NCBI GenBank assembly: GCA_965261735.1
Contig: OZ253470.1
Location: forward strand, 864,001-928,000
Length of the DNA stretch: 64,000 bases
Source of the DNA: Alphaproteobacteria bacterium
GTDB taxonomy: Bacteria; Pseudomonadota; Alphaproteobacteria; SHVV01
Direction: 5' to 3'
Shown: one piece after another, positions 30,431 through 39,808 of the stretch
Layout: every line of letters starts with the position of its first letter
Numbering within the stretch: position 1 is the first letter of the stretch
The notes under the pieces: model-generated
Databases searched by the model: none
Told to the model about the DNA's origin: nothing
Seen by the model: only the letters and a program-made list of their open reading frames with translations
Program-made: the position numbers and the translations under genes

Positions 30431-30784
30431 CTAGGCGGGGCTCGTCACGTCTTCGGCGGCGACGAGGCGGTCGCGGATGTAGAGGACGAGCTGGGCGAAA
30501 GGCGGCGCCCACTGACTGTATGCCTCGAATGCCGCCCGTACGGTTCGGTAGAGCTCGTCCTCCAGGGTAAGCGAATCCGCGGCCTGTTCCCTGGCGGTAC
30601 GGATCGCGGTCGCGATGGCGAGGTAGCGCTCGAGCTCGGCGATGCTCGCTCCCTTGGCCTGGAGCGGCGCCAGCAGGTTGTCGAAGACCGCGGCACGCAG
30701 CTTTGTTCCATCTTCGCCAATTTCCTTCGCGAACTCCGGCAGTACGGATCGCGCGTGCGCGAGGTCGAAGGTGATCGTTTTCAT
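30431..30784 (-). CDS. Phage hypothetical protein (possible tail-fibre chaperone)
   Basis: 117-aa ORF directly downstream of the tail-fibre gene; function inferred from position only. Confidence 0.55.
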   Translation of the reverse strand: MKTITFDLAHARSVLPEFAKEIGEDGTKLRAAVFDNLLAPLQAKGASIAELERYLAIATAIRTAREQAADSLTLEDELYRTVRAAFEAYSQWAPPFAQLVLYIRDRLVAAEDVTSPA

Positions 30785-31349
30785 TTGGCGCTAGCCCACC
30801 TGTTCATGCGGCCCAACGTCATATCGAGGCCTGCCAATCGAGGATTTGAGTCGGCAGTCCGCGGTCAACAAACTTGGCGCGTAACTTAGCGCGCACCCCG
30901 GGACCCGTCTCTTCGAGGTACTGAAACAGGGCGTCCAGCATCTCGTGGACTTGCCAGGCGTTGCCCCGCAGAATCCGAATGACCGCACTGTCGTTTATCA
31001 TCAGGCGATTGACGCCCGCAGCGTCGTACTCATCGTCAGGGATGCGCGCCCCGATCACCTTGGCACGCCGTAGATCGTCTGGTGTGTACCGACTAGCGTC
31101 GTAGCGAGACGGCACCAAACGTTGCCCTCTTATTCCTGGAGCACGCTGGTAATCGTTGGAGGCTCGCTCACCGTCTTCAGGCGTCTCCTCGTCGCGGAAA
31201 GTCTCGATATCTCGAAGTAGCCGGGCGTCGTCCCACGCGTCAAAGGTGCCCGCGCCAAGGTCCGTCCCGAGAACGTGGACATCGCCTTCCGTGTCGATGA
31301 TGACTAGGTTGTTGTAAACGCTGGCGGCGTACTTGGCGAAGGAATGAAC

Positions 31350-32454
31350 CTTGCCTATCCGGTTAACGCCCATGACCGCTACATGTAGGGTGCCGCCACT
31401 CTCCCGAGTAAAGCTCGGCATAGGTTGGAGCAGAGGTGTCGCCCGCGATGCCGAGCAATGAGCGGAAGGCGTTGAACGGGTAGAACCGCCTGTTGAAGCG
31501 GAAGGTGAACTCGTTGAGGTAGGCTTGTAGGTGCTGGTGGCTAACGCCGTGGTGGATACCGATCAGCCACGTCTTCAGGTTGGCGAAAACCAGATGGATG
31601 ATCGGCAGGTATTGCTCGGCAACCTCTGGATCACCACACTCGGCAACAGCGAAGTGCTCATAGCCGCGCTTACCGAGGCCAGCATAGCCGCTCCAATCGT
31701 CAGTAACGATCAGCGATCGCGGCGCGACGGTGCTCTCGACGAACCCACAGAGCGACTCGGCGCTACGGTCGAGCACGACGGCGAGCCGAACGCGTCCGGC
31801 ATAGCGTCCGTCTTTCCGGTTGTCGAGCTTGGTGTCCGGCTTTCGATGACGCACCTCGATGGCACAGGAGACGGGAACCTTGTGATGAACACCACGGCCT
31901 TCCCCACGCGTTCGCCCGCCAACCCAGGTTTCGTCCACCTCAACATGGTTCTTGGGCTGTCCACCGATCCTGTCTTGGTTGGGCCGCACCATGCCCGAGC
32001 GGAGCTTGTGGAGAATTTGAAAGGCCGTCTCGTAGCGCGAAAGACCAAGTTGCCGCTGAAACTGCACGGCGGACATGCCGGGCGTCTGACTGGCGACCAG
32101 ATAAGCGGCCCAGAACCAGACGTTCAGCGGAGTGTGGCTACGCTCCATCACTGTTCCCACCGTCAGCCCGGTGTTCTGGCGGCACTTGCGGCAGCGCAGG
32201 ACGCCAGGGCGGTTTTCAAAGTGGAACGGCTCTCCCGCCGTGCCGCAGTGCGGGCAGGCAAAGCCGTCTCCCCAGCGGGCTTTCTCCAGGTAGGCGGCGC
32301 AGGCCGCATCATCGGGGAAAAGTCGCTGGAACTCGGGTAGCGAATGCGGGAATGGGAGATCGGCGCGGTCGAGAACATCCATGGCGCGCTCCCCTATATC
32401 CGGGTTGCGCCCATTCTAGCCCTAGTGGGTGTGGGTGTAAACCGGATAGGCAAG
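31350..32454 (-). mobile_element. IS1595-family element, copy B (transposase 32382-31363)
   Basis: Same IRs and 1105-bp length as copy A; duplication GAATGAAC (31342-31349, 32455-32462). Confidence 0.95.
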
Positions 32455-32476
32455 GAATGAACCAAGGGGTAGTGCA

Positions 32477-33355
32477 TCATTTTGAAATTTTGTTGTAAGT
32501 CTTAGGCCGACCCGGCTTCGGTGCGCGTTCGTCCATGATACGCACCAAGTCTTCCATGTCCCATATCGTCTCGCTTAAGCTCGCCTCCATGGCCGGCGTG
32601 ACGCGAAGCGTTTTGTGGATGCGAATGAAATTATACCAAACGGTGTAGAGCGCGACCATGTGCATGTGGTTCTCGATCTTCTTTGAAAACCCATTCGTCA
32701 GCCGCGTAAAGCGGCGCATCTGCATCCGCATGGTGAGGTTCTGGCGCTCCACAAACGATGTGCTGATGTGCTTCTCGTCGGGCTGGCCTTCAACGGTCCG
32801 CTTCACAATGCCAGTACAATCGGCTGGACTGTAGCGGCCCTTGAAAGTTTCTGGTGCGTTGCCATACACCTTGATCAGTTGCGCATAGTCGATATCGGCC
32901 CCAAACGAACCCTCAATTGCTTCTAGGTATGCCTTATGGCCGTCAGTCGTCATCTGAACACGATTGGCCAGTCGCGAAGCAACATCACCCATAAAGGAGT
33001 TCGCATATTCGGCATCCCGACCGCCAACCATCGAAGACACAATCAACTTGGTGTCTGCGTCAAGGGCGGTCCAGGTCCAAGTATCGCCTGCTTCTTGAGG
33101 GGCGGCCTTTGCCGTCGCCACGTTCTTTTGCTTGGCGTAGGTGAAGCTCCATACTTCGTCGCACTGGATGCGGCTGGCGGTGACGCCTTGCACCAGCTCG
33201 TCGTGAAGGTCGGCGCAAACCTTCCCGGCATCGGTCAGCAGCTTGGCGACGGTGTTGAAACTCACATCGGCCAGCCGGGCGGTTGCCCGCATGGACTGCC
33301 CTTCGCAAAGCATGTTCAGGATCAGGGAGCGGGTCTTGAGAGGCATTTTGTTCAT
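32477..33355 (-). CDS. IS1-family transposase (single ORF)
   Basis: IQCDEVWSF, WTWTALD, TTDG, STSFVERQNLTMRMQMRRFTRLTNGFSKK. Confidence 0.92.
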   Translation of the reverse strand: MNKMPLKTRSLILNMLCEGQSMRATARLADVSFNTVAKLLTDAGKVCADLHDELVQGVTASRIQCDEVWSFTYAKQKNVATAKAAPQEAGDTWTWTALDADTKLIVSSMVGGRDAEYANSFMGDVASRLANRVQMTTDGHKAYLEAIEGSFGADIDYAQLIKVYGNAPETFKGRYSPADCTGIVKRTVEGQPDEKHISTSFVERQNLTMRMQMRRFTRLTNGFSKKIENHMHMVALYTVWYNFIRIHKTLRVTPAMEASLSETIWDMEDLVRIMDERAPKPGRPKTYNKISK

Positions 33356-33361
33356 GCCCCT

Positions 33362-33390
33362 AATATATGAATAAAGATGCCTACCGTCAA
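33362..33390 (-). promoter_or_regulatory. Sigma70-type promoter of the IS1 transposase
   Basis: TTGACG-17 bp-TATATT ending 6 nt before the ATG. Confidence 0.65.
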
Positions 33391-33466
33391 GCTCACTGAG
33401 TCATTATTACACTGCGTGTGACGTTGTAATTGACAGACCCAGAGCGGTACCGATATATAGGCGGCC

Positions 33467-33763
33467 ATGGAGGTCGAGTTCGATGACGATGACCTGGATC
33501 AGCTTGAGACAGACCCTCGGGCCACGGCGGGATTCCCCGCTGGAGTGGTCCGAGGCTTTCGGAAGGCGATGCAGGTCATTCGTGGAGCCGCCGATGAGCG
33601 CGATCTTTATGCCATGCGTTGACTTCGGTTTGAGAAGCTCGAAGGTAAGCGTAAGGGCCAGTTCTCGTTGCGATGCAACGATCAATACCGGCTAATCATC
33701 GAGCTGGTAGGGAAAAGCAGTGATAAGACAGTGAGATTGATTGAGGTTGTCGACTACCACTAG
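33467..33763 (+). pseudogene. higB: HigB/RelE-family toxin with in-frame TGA
   Basis: MEVEFDDDDLDQLETDP...DERDLYAMR*LRFEKLEGKRKGQFSLRCNDQYRLI...IEVVDYH*; TGA at 33620-33622; absent from the ORF track. Confidence 0.88.
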
Positions 33764-33782
33764 GGAAAAAGGGGAGGAAGAG

Positions 33783-34907
33783 ATGAACGAGCGAATCCCG
33801 GCCGAAGTGTTCCCCCCTGGCGAGTTTTTGCGGGACGAGTTAGAGGCTCGGGGCTGGACACAAACAGAGTTTGCCGAAATCATTAGCCGTCCTACTAGGC
33901 TGGTGAACGAAATAATTGCCGGAAAGCGCGGTATCACACCCGATACTGCCCGGGGGCTTGCCGCTGCGCTCGGTACCAGTGCGCAGCTTTGGATGAACAT
34001 GGAAACGTCATACCAGCTCTCGAAAGCTGCGCCCGCATCGGAAGGCATTGCTCGTTCTGGTCGCCTCAGAGAGAGGTTCCCTGTGCGCGAAATGATCAAG
34101 CGCGGATGGATCGAGGCATCGGAAAACGTTGAGGTTTTGGAAATGCGTGTACTCGACTACTTCCAGATCAAGGATGTGAATGACGATGTTAGGTTTTCAC
34201 ATGCTGCTCGCAAGAATGATAACGCTGATAAAACGGACTTGCAGCTAGCTTGGCTGTTCAGAGTCCGCCAATTAGCGTCCGCGCTGCAAGTTCAAAAGTA
34301 TTCCAAGAAATCCCTGCTGGAGGCTCTTGATGATCTTGAGGGTCTGATGGGAGCGCCGGAAGAAATTCGGTACGTCCCGCGCATCCTTTCCGCGGCTGGC
34401 GTCAGGCTCGTAATTGTTGAGGCGGTCCCTGGTTCGGAGATTCAGGGCGTATGTTTCTGGATAAATGATGAGAGGTCGCCAGTTATCGGCCTGTCGCTAT
34501 CATACGGGCGAATCGATAATGCGTGGTTCAATATCCGCCATGAGATTGAGCATGTGTTGAACGGTGATGGAAAGACTTATCCCATCTTGGACGATAGCAA
34601 GGCCCTTATCGACACGCCTGACCAGTCGGACGAAGAACGACTGGCAAATGAGGCAGCAGCAGAGTTTTGTGTCCCGAAGCAGAAGATGGACGACTTTGTT
34701 GCACGGCTAGACCCGATGTACTTAACCGCGAATTTCTTGGGTTTCGCGCGTCTCGTCAACAGACATCCCGGCATTGTCGCCGGGCAGCTTCAGCGCAGGA
34801 CGGGACGGTGGGACCTGTTTCGCAAATTCCAAACCGATGTCCGTAGAGAGCTAGTAGATGCGGCGCTGACGGACGGCTTCGGGCGAATTGCGCCTGCGGT
34901 TATTTAG
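33783..34907 (+). CDS. higA: HigA-type HTH antitoxin fused to an ImmA/IrrE-like metallopeptidase
   Basis: PPGEFLRDELEARGWTQ..GKRGIT..LWMN; WFNIRHEIEH (HExxH), EERLANEAA. Confidence 0.88.
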   Translation: MNERIPAEVFPPGEFLRDELEARGWTQTEFAEIISRPTRLVNEIIAGKRGITPDTARGLAAALGTSAQLWMNMETSYQLSKAAPASEGIARSGRLRERFPVREMIKRGWIEASENVEVLEMRVLDYFQIKDVNDDVRFSHAARKNDNADKTDLQLAWLFRVRQLASALQVQKYSKKSLLEALDDLEGLMGAPEEIRYVPRILSAAGVRLVIVEAVPGSEIQGVCFWINDERSPVIGLSLSYGRIDNAWFNIRHEIEHVLNGDGKTYPILDDSKALIDTPDQSDEERLANEAAAEFCVPKQKMDDFVARLDPMYLTANFLGFARLVNRHPGIVAGQLQRRTGRWDLFRKFQTDVRRELVDAALTDGFGRIAPAVI

Positions 34908-34918
34908 GAGAAAGCTAA

Positions 34919-35377
34919 GTGCCTACTTACGTGAAGAAGATGCAGAGCATCGTTTCGCACTACCGACTTGCTGGGCAGCCTTGGCCCGCGCCCGCGAAGG
35001 CAATCGCCGAGTGGGCGATTGATCGAGGGCTTTGGGATCTGCCAGCGTCCGCCGCGCTTGCTAAGTGCGGCGAGGACGTTTCGCGAGCAATGCGTGAAGA
35101 ATATGTCACTGACGCCAAGGGGCGCCGCGTTCGCGTGAAGCACACTGCGACGATCCGGAGACACGGCGAACAAATGGTGCTTTGGGATGACATGCGCACA
35201 GCAAGTCGCCAGCACATGCAACTGTCGTTTCAGCAAAGACGCCACCAGATCGTCGGAGACTGTCGCCAGCTACAGGTTGATGTCGAGAGCTACAACGACC
35301 TGCACTCAGATGATCGGCCAATTCAGATGGTCTTTGATTTCACGATGGACCTAGCTGAATTGGATGCAGCAGCCTAG
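34919..35377 (+). CDS. Hypothetical protein, third gene of the higBA module
   Basis: 152 aa; AGGAG RBS overlaps higA stop; no recognisable domain. Confidence 0.75.
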   Translation: MPTYVKKMQSIVSHYRLAGQPWPAPAKAIAEWAIDRGLWDLPASAALAKCGEDVSRAMREEYVTDAKGRRVRVKHTATIRRHGEQMVLWDDMRTASRQHMQLSFQQRRHQIVGDCRQLQVDVESYNDLHSDDRPIQMVFDFTMDLAELDAAA

Positions 35378-35613
35378 CCGCCAGCCTTGCGCCATCTAGC
35401 CTGGGCTGCCAGTCTGGCAATGTCTTCCCGCTGTTCCGGCGTCAGCTTCTTGGCACGAGCCTTGCCACCCTTCGCCCCCAGCGCCTTGGCAGCCGGGTCC
35501 TTGCCGTCGTCCTCGTACTCTTCCTCTTCCTCGCCGGTCGCGATCCGCATCACCTTGACGGCGTTCGAGACGACATCGCGGGGGCGCTTCTGCCCCTGAG
35601 GTCCCTTAGGCAT
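35374..35613 (-). CDS. Small basic IS passenger protein
   Basis: MPKGPQGQKRPRDV...GAKGGKARAKKLTPEQREDIARLAAQARW; type commonly found at ends of IS1/IS1595 cargo elements. Confidence 0.8.
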   Translation of the reverse strand: MPKGPQGQKRPRDVVSNAVKVMRIATGEEEEEYEDDGKDPAAKALGAKGGKARAKKLTPEQREDIARLAAQARWRKAGG

Positions 35614-36426
35614 GGCTGGCTCTCCCTATGCTTCCCGCTAAGCATAGGGCAAGGCGGCGCTCCGTGGTAGGCAGATTTCAAAATGATGCACTACCAACCA
35701 AGGCGTTGGCAGGGAAGGTGCCATGATTTCCAGCACTGTCGTGGGGTCCGGCCGAGTGGATCGTCGGCATGTTAGAAACTGTCGACGAGGGAGAGGTGGG
35801 TTGATTCGCGTCATCTGCCCAGCATGTAAAATGTAAAGTCGAACTTGCTCCGATGCCGCTGTCGCTCACGACGTTGATCTTCAATCCACCACCACCAGCG
35901 TCTTGCTTGCCAAGCGAAACGAAGGTGTCGGTTTCCGTCGTCCCTGTAAGACCGTGCGAAACGTCGCTTGATTTCAGCGAGACAATTTCGTTGTCGAATG
36001 CCCCCTGATCTATGGTCAAGCCCTGACTGAGTTTGGTATTGGTCTGCGTCGCACCTATGAAGAACTTTTACCCACGATCGAGGCGACTTCCGTCCCGCCG
36101 GTATCGAAGCGGATGATGTCCTCGTCGGCCGCTTCTTCGACCTGAACGCCGGTATCGAAGTCGGCATCCCACAGCACCGCCGCGCCGGCGATGTTCGACG
36201 ACTTGTTGACGTGGAACAGCGCGATATGGTCCGTGCGGTCGTACATCTTCGCCGTCCAGGAGTTGGAGGCGTCGTTGGTGTCGTCGACCCACACCAGGCC
36301 CGTGAACACGCCGGCCGGCGCACCCGTCGACTTGTTGGTCGAGCGGATGGCCGCCAGCGCGTTGTTGAGGTCGGATCGGAAGGCCGCACCGGCCTGATTG
36401 TCGATAACGTAGTTTTTGTAGATCAC

Positions 36427-36748
36427 CGTCGAGCCAGGTGAGCCAGCCGAGCGCCTCGTCGAGGCGGTCGATCTCGCGCAGCTCAGCTGGAATGTTGGAG
36501 GCGCGCCTCAATGTCGCGCGCTCGGCCTCGGTGTTGAAGGACTCGATGGTTTGGCGCAGGACCTCGGGCCAGCTCGTTTGCGGCTGCTTGGGGCCGCGGG
36601 CCGGGTCGGGCAGGCGCCGTAGCGTCTCGGCCGCGGCCTCGAGCCGCTCGATCACGTGTTCGGCCGTCCGTGCGGCCCCGGAGCTCGGGGCCGCACGGTT
36701 GCCCGCGAGGCGCGGGTCGGTCGTGGCCGCAGCGCTCGCGCGGATCAT
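36427..36748 (-). pseudogene. Truncated phage DUF6362-like protein
   Basis: VIERLEAAAETLRRLP, SWPE, IDRLDEALGWLTWL, then runs directly into tail-fibre sequence. Confidence 0.65.
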
Positions 36749-37397
36749 GGGTGCTCGGCCTCGATGGAAGCCGCGGCGGCGAGCCAGACGCGAACCCGGC
36801 GGGCGAAGGCCGTCGTCGAGCGGCGGTCGTAGCAGCGGAAATAGTGCGCACGGCAATAGGAATGACGGAAAACCGGGCGGCCGCATTTGTCGGCATCGGC
36901 GCGCGGCTCCCCCCGTGGATAAACTGGCAGGTGGTGGGCGGCGGTGCCTCGAAACCGCGCCAGATGTCGAGAGGAATCTCGTCGGCGCCGGCGTCCGACT
37001 CATCGCCCTCGTCGGCCGCATCGTCAGCCGCGGCCGCGCCCGGATTGCTGGCAGCGGTGCCCGCTTTCAACGACGCGGGTGTCGGGCCGGCCGCCGATGG
37101 CTCGGTACCGGCGCGCGGATCGTAGGTCGCGCCGCTGCCGTCGAGCAGGGTGATCACGCACGGCAGCGGGCCGCGGGCGACGACGGTGATCGCGCCCTTG
37201 GCCTGGAGACTCCGCATGACGTGCGATATGCCGGGCACGTCGGGGCTGCTGATCCGTGCCGCGAAGGCCGCGTTAGGGGGGCACGGCCGGTGCACGCGCG
37301 CCACCTCGCGTATGATGTCGAGGACCGCCGCCTCGCGTCACGTCAACGGGACGCCGCCTGATACCGCCTCGCGCCGCGTTGAGGAGGGACCGCTCAT
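36745..37397 (-). pseudogene. Phage LexA-type wHTH + GcrA-like Cys/His domain protein, disrupted
   Basis: LT*REAAVLDII...CPPN...LQAKGAI; after a G6 frameshift CQFIHGEP...CGRP...SYCRAHY; ATGA-coupled to next gene. Confidence 0.55.
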
Positions 37398-37428
37398 TAC
37401 CAACCCGCGCGCGTCGAGGAGGCGCCGC

Positions 37429-37638
37429 TCAATGTCGCCCCGCCGCGAGCCGAGCCAGATCGTCGAGCGAAATCGCCAGCCCGCGCCGCCGCGCCGCTTC
37501 GATCACCGCGACCCAGTGCCACGAGGGGATGCTGTCGCGCTGGTTCCAAGCGCTCGCCAGGCCAGTCGTTACGCCGACCTCCTCGGCGAAGCAGCGCACC
37601 AGCGGCCAGGATTTGATGATATCGCTGAAGCTGTCCAT
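37429..37638 (-). CDS. Cro-like repressor
   Basis: 69-aa HTH (FAEEVGV..W..RDSIP..HW..VI.AA), divergent from cI. Confidence 0.8.
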   Translation of the reverse strand: MDSFSDIIKSWPLVRCFAEEVGVTTGLASAWNQRDSIPSWHWVAVIEAARRRGLAISLDDLARLAAGRH

Positions 37639-37644
37639 AACAAA

Positions 37645-37673
37645 ACGATACATGACGATACGACGCGTGTCAA
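37645..37673 (-). promoter_or_regulatory. PR-like promoter of cro
   Basis: TTGACA-17 bp-TATCGT, 6 nt before the ATG (near-leaderless). Confidence 0.7.
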
Positions 37674-37712
37674 TACATCTAGTACCGTGCTATCCGTTGG
37701 CGAGGCGCTACA

Positions 37713-38411
37713 ATGCATGTTGTGTTGGACACGCCCCATAGCCGCCTGCGCCGCCTGCGCGAGCAGGCGGGTTACGCCACCGCCGCCGACTTCGCGCGCG
37801 CGCGCGGCCTCGAGGAAGGGACCTACCGCTCGCACGAGAACGGCAGCCGCGGAATCCGCTTTCGCACCGCCATGACTTATGTCCAAGCGCTTGATGCGCG
37901 CCCGCCCGATCAAGTCGCGGTGTGGATCCTCGACGGCGGCCCCGAGCCGGAGCTCGCGATGCCCTCGGCGCTGGCCGTCGTCACCGCCTTCGAGGACGAG
38001 TTCGCGCTGATCGCCGACTACGACATCCGCGCCGGCGCCGGCGGCGGCGCCGTGTTCGACGAAGAGAACATGATCGAACGCCTCGCTTTCCGGCGCCAAT
38101 GGTTGCGCCGTGTCACCAACGCGCCGCTCGACATGTTGGGCGTCATCCAGGCCCACGGCGACAGCATGGAACCGACCCTGCACAGCGGCGACCACCTCCT
38201 GGTCGACCGCGCCGACACCAATCCGCGGCGCGACGGCATCTACGTGATCTCCTGGGACGGCGCCATCAACGTCAAGCGGGTCACCGTCGATTACGCTAGC
38301 AAGACCCTGTCCGTCTCCAGCGACAACCCGCTCCACCCAACGAACCAGGGCGTTCATCCCGACGCGCTGACGGTCTTGGGGCGCGTCGTCTGGATCGGCC
38401 GCCGACTGTAG
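37713..38411 (+). CDS. CI-like repressor (HTH + S24 peptidase)
   Basis: N-terminal HTH, AGAGGG cleavage region, GDSMEPTL, VKRV, VLGRVVW. Confidence 0.92.
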   Translation: MHVVLDTPHSRLRRLREQAGYATAADFARARGLEEGTYRSHENGSRGIRFRTAMTYVQALDARPPDQVAVWILDGGPEPELAMPSALAVVTAFEDEFALIADYDIRAGAGGGAVFDEENMIERLAFRRQWLRRVTNAPLDMLGVIQAHGDSMEPTLHSGDHLLVDRADTNPRRDGIYVISWDGAINVKRVTVDYASKTLSVSSDNPLHPTNQGVHPDALTVLGRVVWIGRRL

Positions 38412-38452
38412 CCCTTGCCATCATGCGTGGGGGCGATGCGTAACAATACGTA

Positions 38453-38482
38453 TTGACATTTATGCGGTGCGTGTTGTATCCT
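38453..38482 (+). promoter_or_regulatory. PL-like early promoter
   Basis: TTGACA-18 bp-TATCCT with TG extension; palindrome AATACGTATT overlaps the -35. Confidence 0.55.
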
Positions 38483-38511
38483 TCGCACGTGAATGCGGCG
38501 GATACAAGCGC

Positions 38512-38817
38512 ATGAGCGGCTCCCCGGATCAGCTCTGGATCAACCTGTTCGCCGGCGCGGACGGCGTGGTTCGCTGCCGCACCGCCCATCCACGCCAGGA
38601 CGCGGCACTTGCCGAGCTGCGCGCGCGCCGCTCCGTCGCGCGCACCGACTACGTCGGCACGCTTTGGTCGGTGCGCAGCGTCGATGGCCGCCGCTTCGGA
38701 TTTCTCGATTTGCGCGACGAGGCCGCTGAGGCGCGGCGACACGCCCGGGCACAGTCGCGGCCGGCTCCCGTCGCGCCCGATGCCGAGAGCAAAGACGCAG
38801 GAGCGCCGCGTGTTTAG
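38512..38817 (+). CDS. Phage hypothetical protein
   Basis: ORF after PL-like promoter, overlapping the sak start. Confidence 0.5.
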   Translation: MSGSPDQLWINLFAGADGVVRCRTAHPRQDAALAELRARRSVARTDYVGTLWSVRSVDGRRFGFLDLRDEAAEARRHARAQSRPAPVAPDAESKDAGAPRV

Positions 38818-39439
38818 CGCGGCGCAGAACGCGGCATTAGGCGCCCAGCTCGCCGCGCGCCACGTGCGCCTCCGCCGCCGGCGCGGACGCGACATCGCCT
38901 ACGTCGCCGGCTGGCACGCCATCGCCGAGGCCAACCGCATCTTCGGCTTCGATGCCTGGTCGCGCGAGACGGTGGAGGCGCGGTGCGTGAGCGAGGACCG
39001 TTGCGCCGACGTGAACGGCGCCGCCACCCATCGTTGCGCCTATGTGGCGCGGGTCCGGGTCACGGTCGATGCCGGCGGCGGCCGAGTCCTCGTCCGCGAG
39101 GGCAGTGGCGCCGGCCACGGCCTCGCTGCCGCGCCCGGAGAGGCCCACGAGGCGGCGCTCAAGGAGGCCGAGACCGACGCCATGAAGCGGGCGCTCGTAA
39201 CGTTCGGCAGCCCCTTCGGACTCGCCCTCTACGACCCGGCGCGGCGCGAAGTGGCGCCGCCTGAGACCGCAGCCTCGGCGCTCGCCTGCGGCCTCGATAC
39301 GGCCGCCAGCCTGGACGAGCTCGCGCACCGCTGGGCCGCGTGCCGCGCCGGCCTGCGCGCCCGCCCCGCGGCCGAACGCAGCCGCCTGGAGGCGCTCAAG
39401 AACAGCCGCAAGGCGGCGCTGCTGCGCGGCGTAGCGTGA
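38810..39439 (+). CDS. Rad52/Rad22-family single-strand annealing protein (Sak-like)
   Basis: YVAGWHAIAEANRIFGFDAWS, REGSGAG, ALKEAETDAMKRAL..FG..FGLALYD. Confidence 0.92.
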   Translation: MFSAAQNAALGAQLAARHVRLRRRRGRDIAYVAGWHAIAEANRIFGFDAWSRETVEARCVSEDRCADVNGAATHRCAYVARVRVTVDAGGGRVLVREGSGAGHGLAAAPGEAHEAALKEAETDAMKRALVTFGSPFGLALYDPARREVAPPETAASALACGLDTAASLDELAHRWAACRAGLRARPAAERSRLEALKNSRKAALLRGVA

Positions 39440-39444
39440 TCCGC

Positions 39445-39774
39445 ATGGCCGGCCTCGCTCCCAACGCCATTCACGAGCGCTTACGCAAGACGGGCCAAGC
39501 ATGGGCCGAGCGAGCCGCGGCCGCCGAGTGGCTCGAGGCGGCCCGCAAGCCCCTGCTCGCCGAGCTCACGCTACGGCACCTCGAGGGCACGACGCGGGCG
39601 ATGGCCGAAACCCGCGCGCTCGCGAGCCCGGCTTACCGCGACCACCTCGCGGCGCTGGTGGCGGCGCGGAGCGACGAGCGCCACGCCCGCGCCGCCTATG
39701 AGTGCGCGCGCGCGCCTGGTGCGAGCTGGTGCGCACCCGCGAGGCCACGCCGGGCCGAGCTCGCCCTGCTGTGA
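39445..39774 (+). CDS. Phage hypothetical helical protein (3' end possibly frameshifted)
   Basis: G.AWA...AAA..LE..RK.LLA, AETRALAS..Y..H pattern. Confidence 0.5.
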   Translation: MAGLAPNAIHERLRKTGQAWAERAAAAEWLEAARKPLLAELTLRHLEGTTRAMAETRALASPAYRDHLAALVAARSDERHARAAYECARAPGASWCAPARPRRAELALL

Positions 39775-39808
39775 GGGCGGGCCCGGCTCCACTAGCCGGC
39801 GGCGCCTG

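Larger units (their letters stand above)
32468..35695 (-). mobile_element. IS1-family transporter element (tIS) with passenger genes
   Basis: Perfect 21-bp IR GGTAGTGCATCATTTTGAAAT; 8-bp duplication AACCAAGG (32460-32467, 35696-35703); visibly lower GC than flanks. Confidence 0.92.
30819..36426 (-). pseudogene. Phage tail-fibre-like gene broken by a frameshift and two IS insertions
   Basis: YVIDNQAGAAFRSDLNNAL, DADFDTGVQVEEAADEDIIRFDTGG, TIDQGAFDNEIVSLKSSDVSHG; empty site restores ...PANALV-HSFAKY... in frame; frameshift ~36065. Confidence 0.8.
28830..39780. mobile_element. Defective prophage remnant
   Basis: Holin, DUF6127-like, tail fibre, cro/cI, Rad52-type recombinase; no integrase, terminase or capsid; boundaries approximate. 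Confidence 0.85.

Noticed and set aside
24853-32454. Composite transposon or inversion bounded by IS1595 A and B
   Set aside because: Each copy has its own matching 8-bp duplication, indicating independent insertions without exchange
33620-33645. HigB TGA as selenocysteine
   Set aside because: Not a Cys position in HigB, and the hairpin loop is only ~9 nt from the UGA, too close for a SECIS
28851-39774. Gene transfer agent or functional prophage
   Set aside because: Holin is of the GTA-associated family, but there is no terminase, portal, capsid or integrase; cI/cro and Sak indicate a temperate phage remnant
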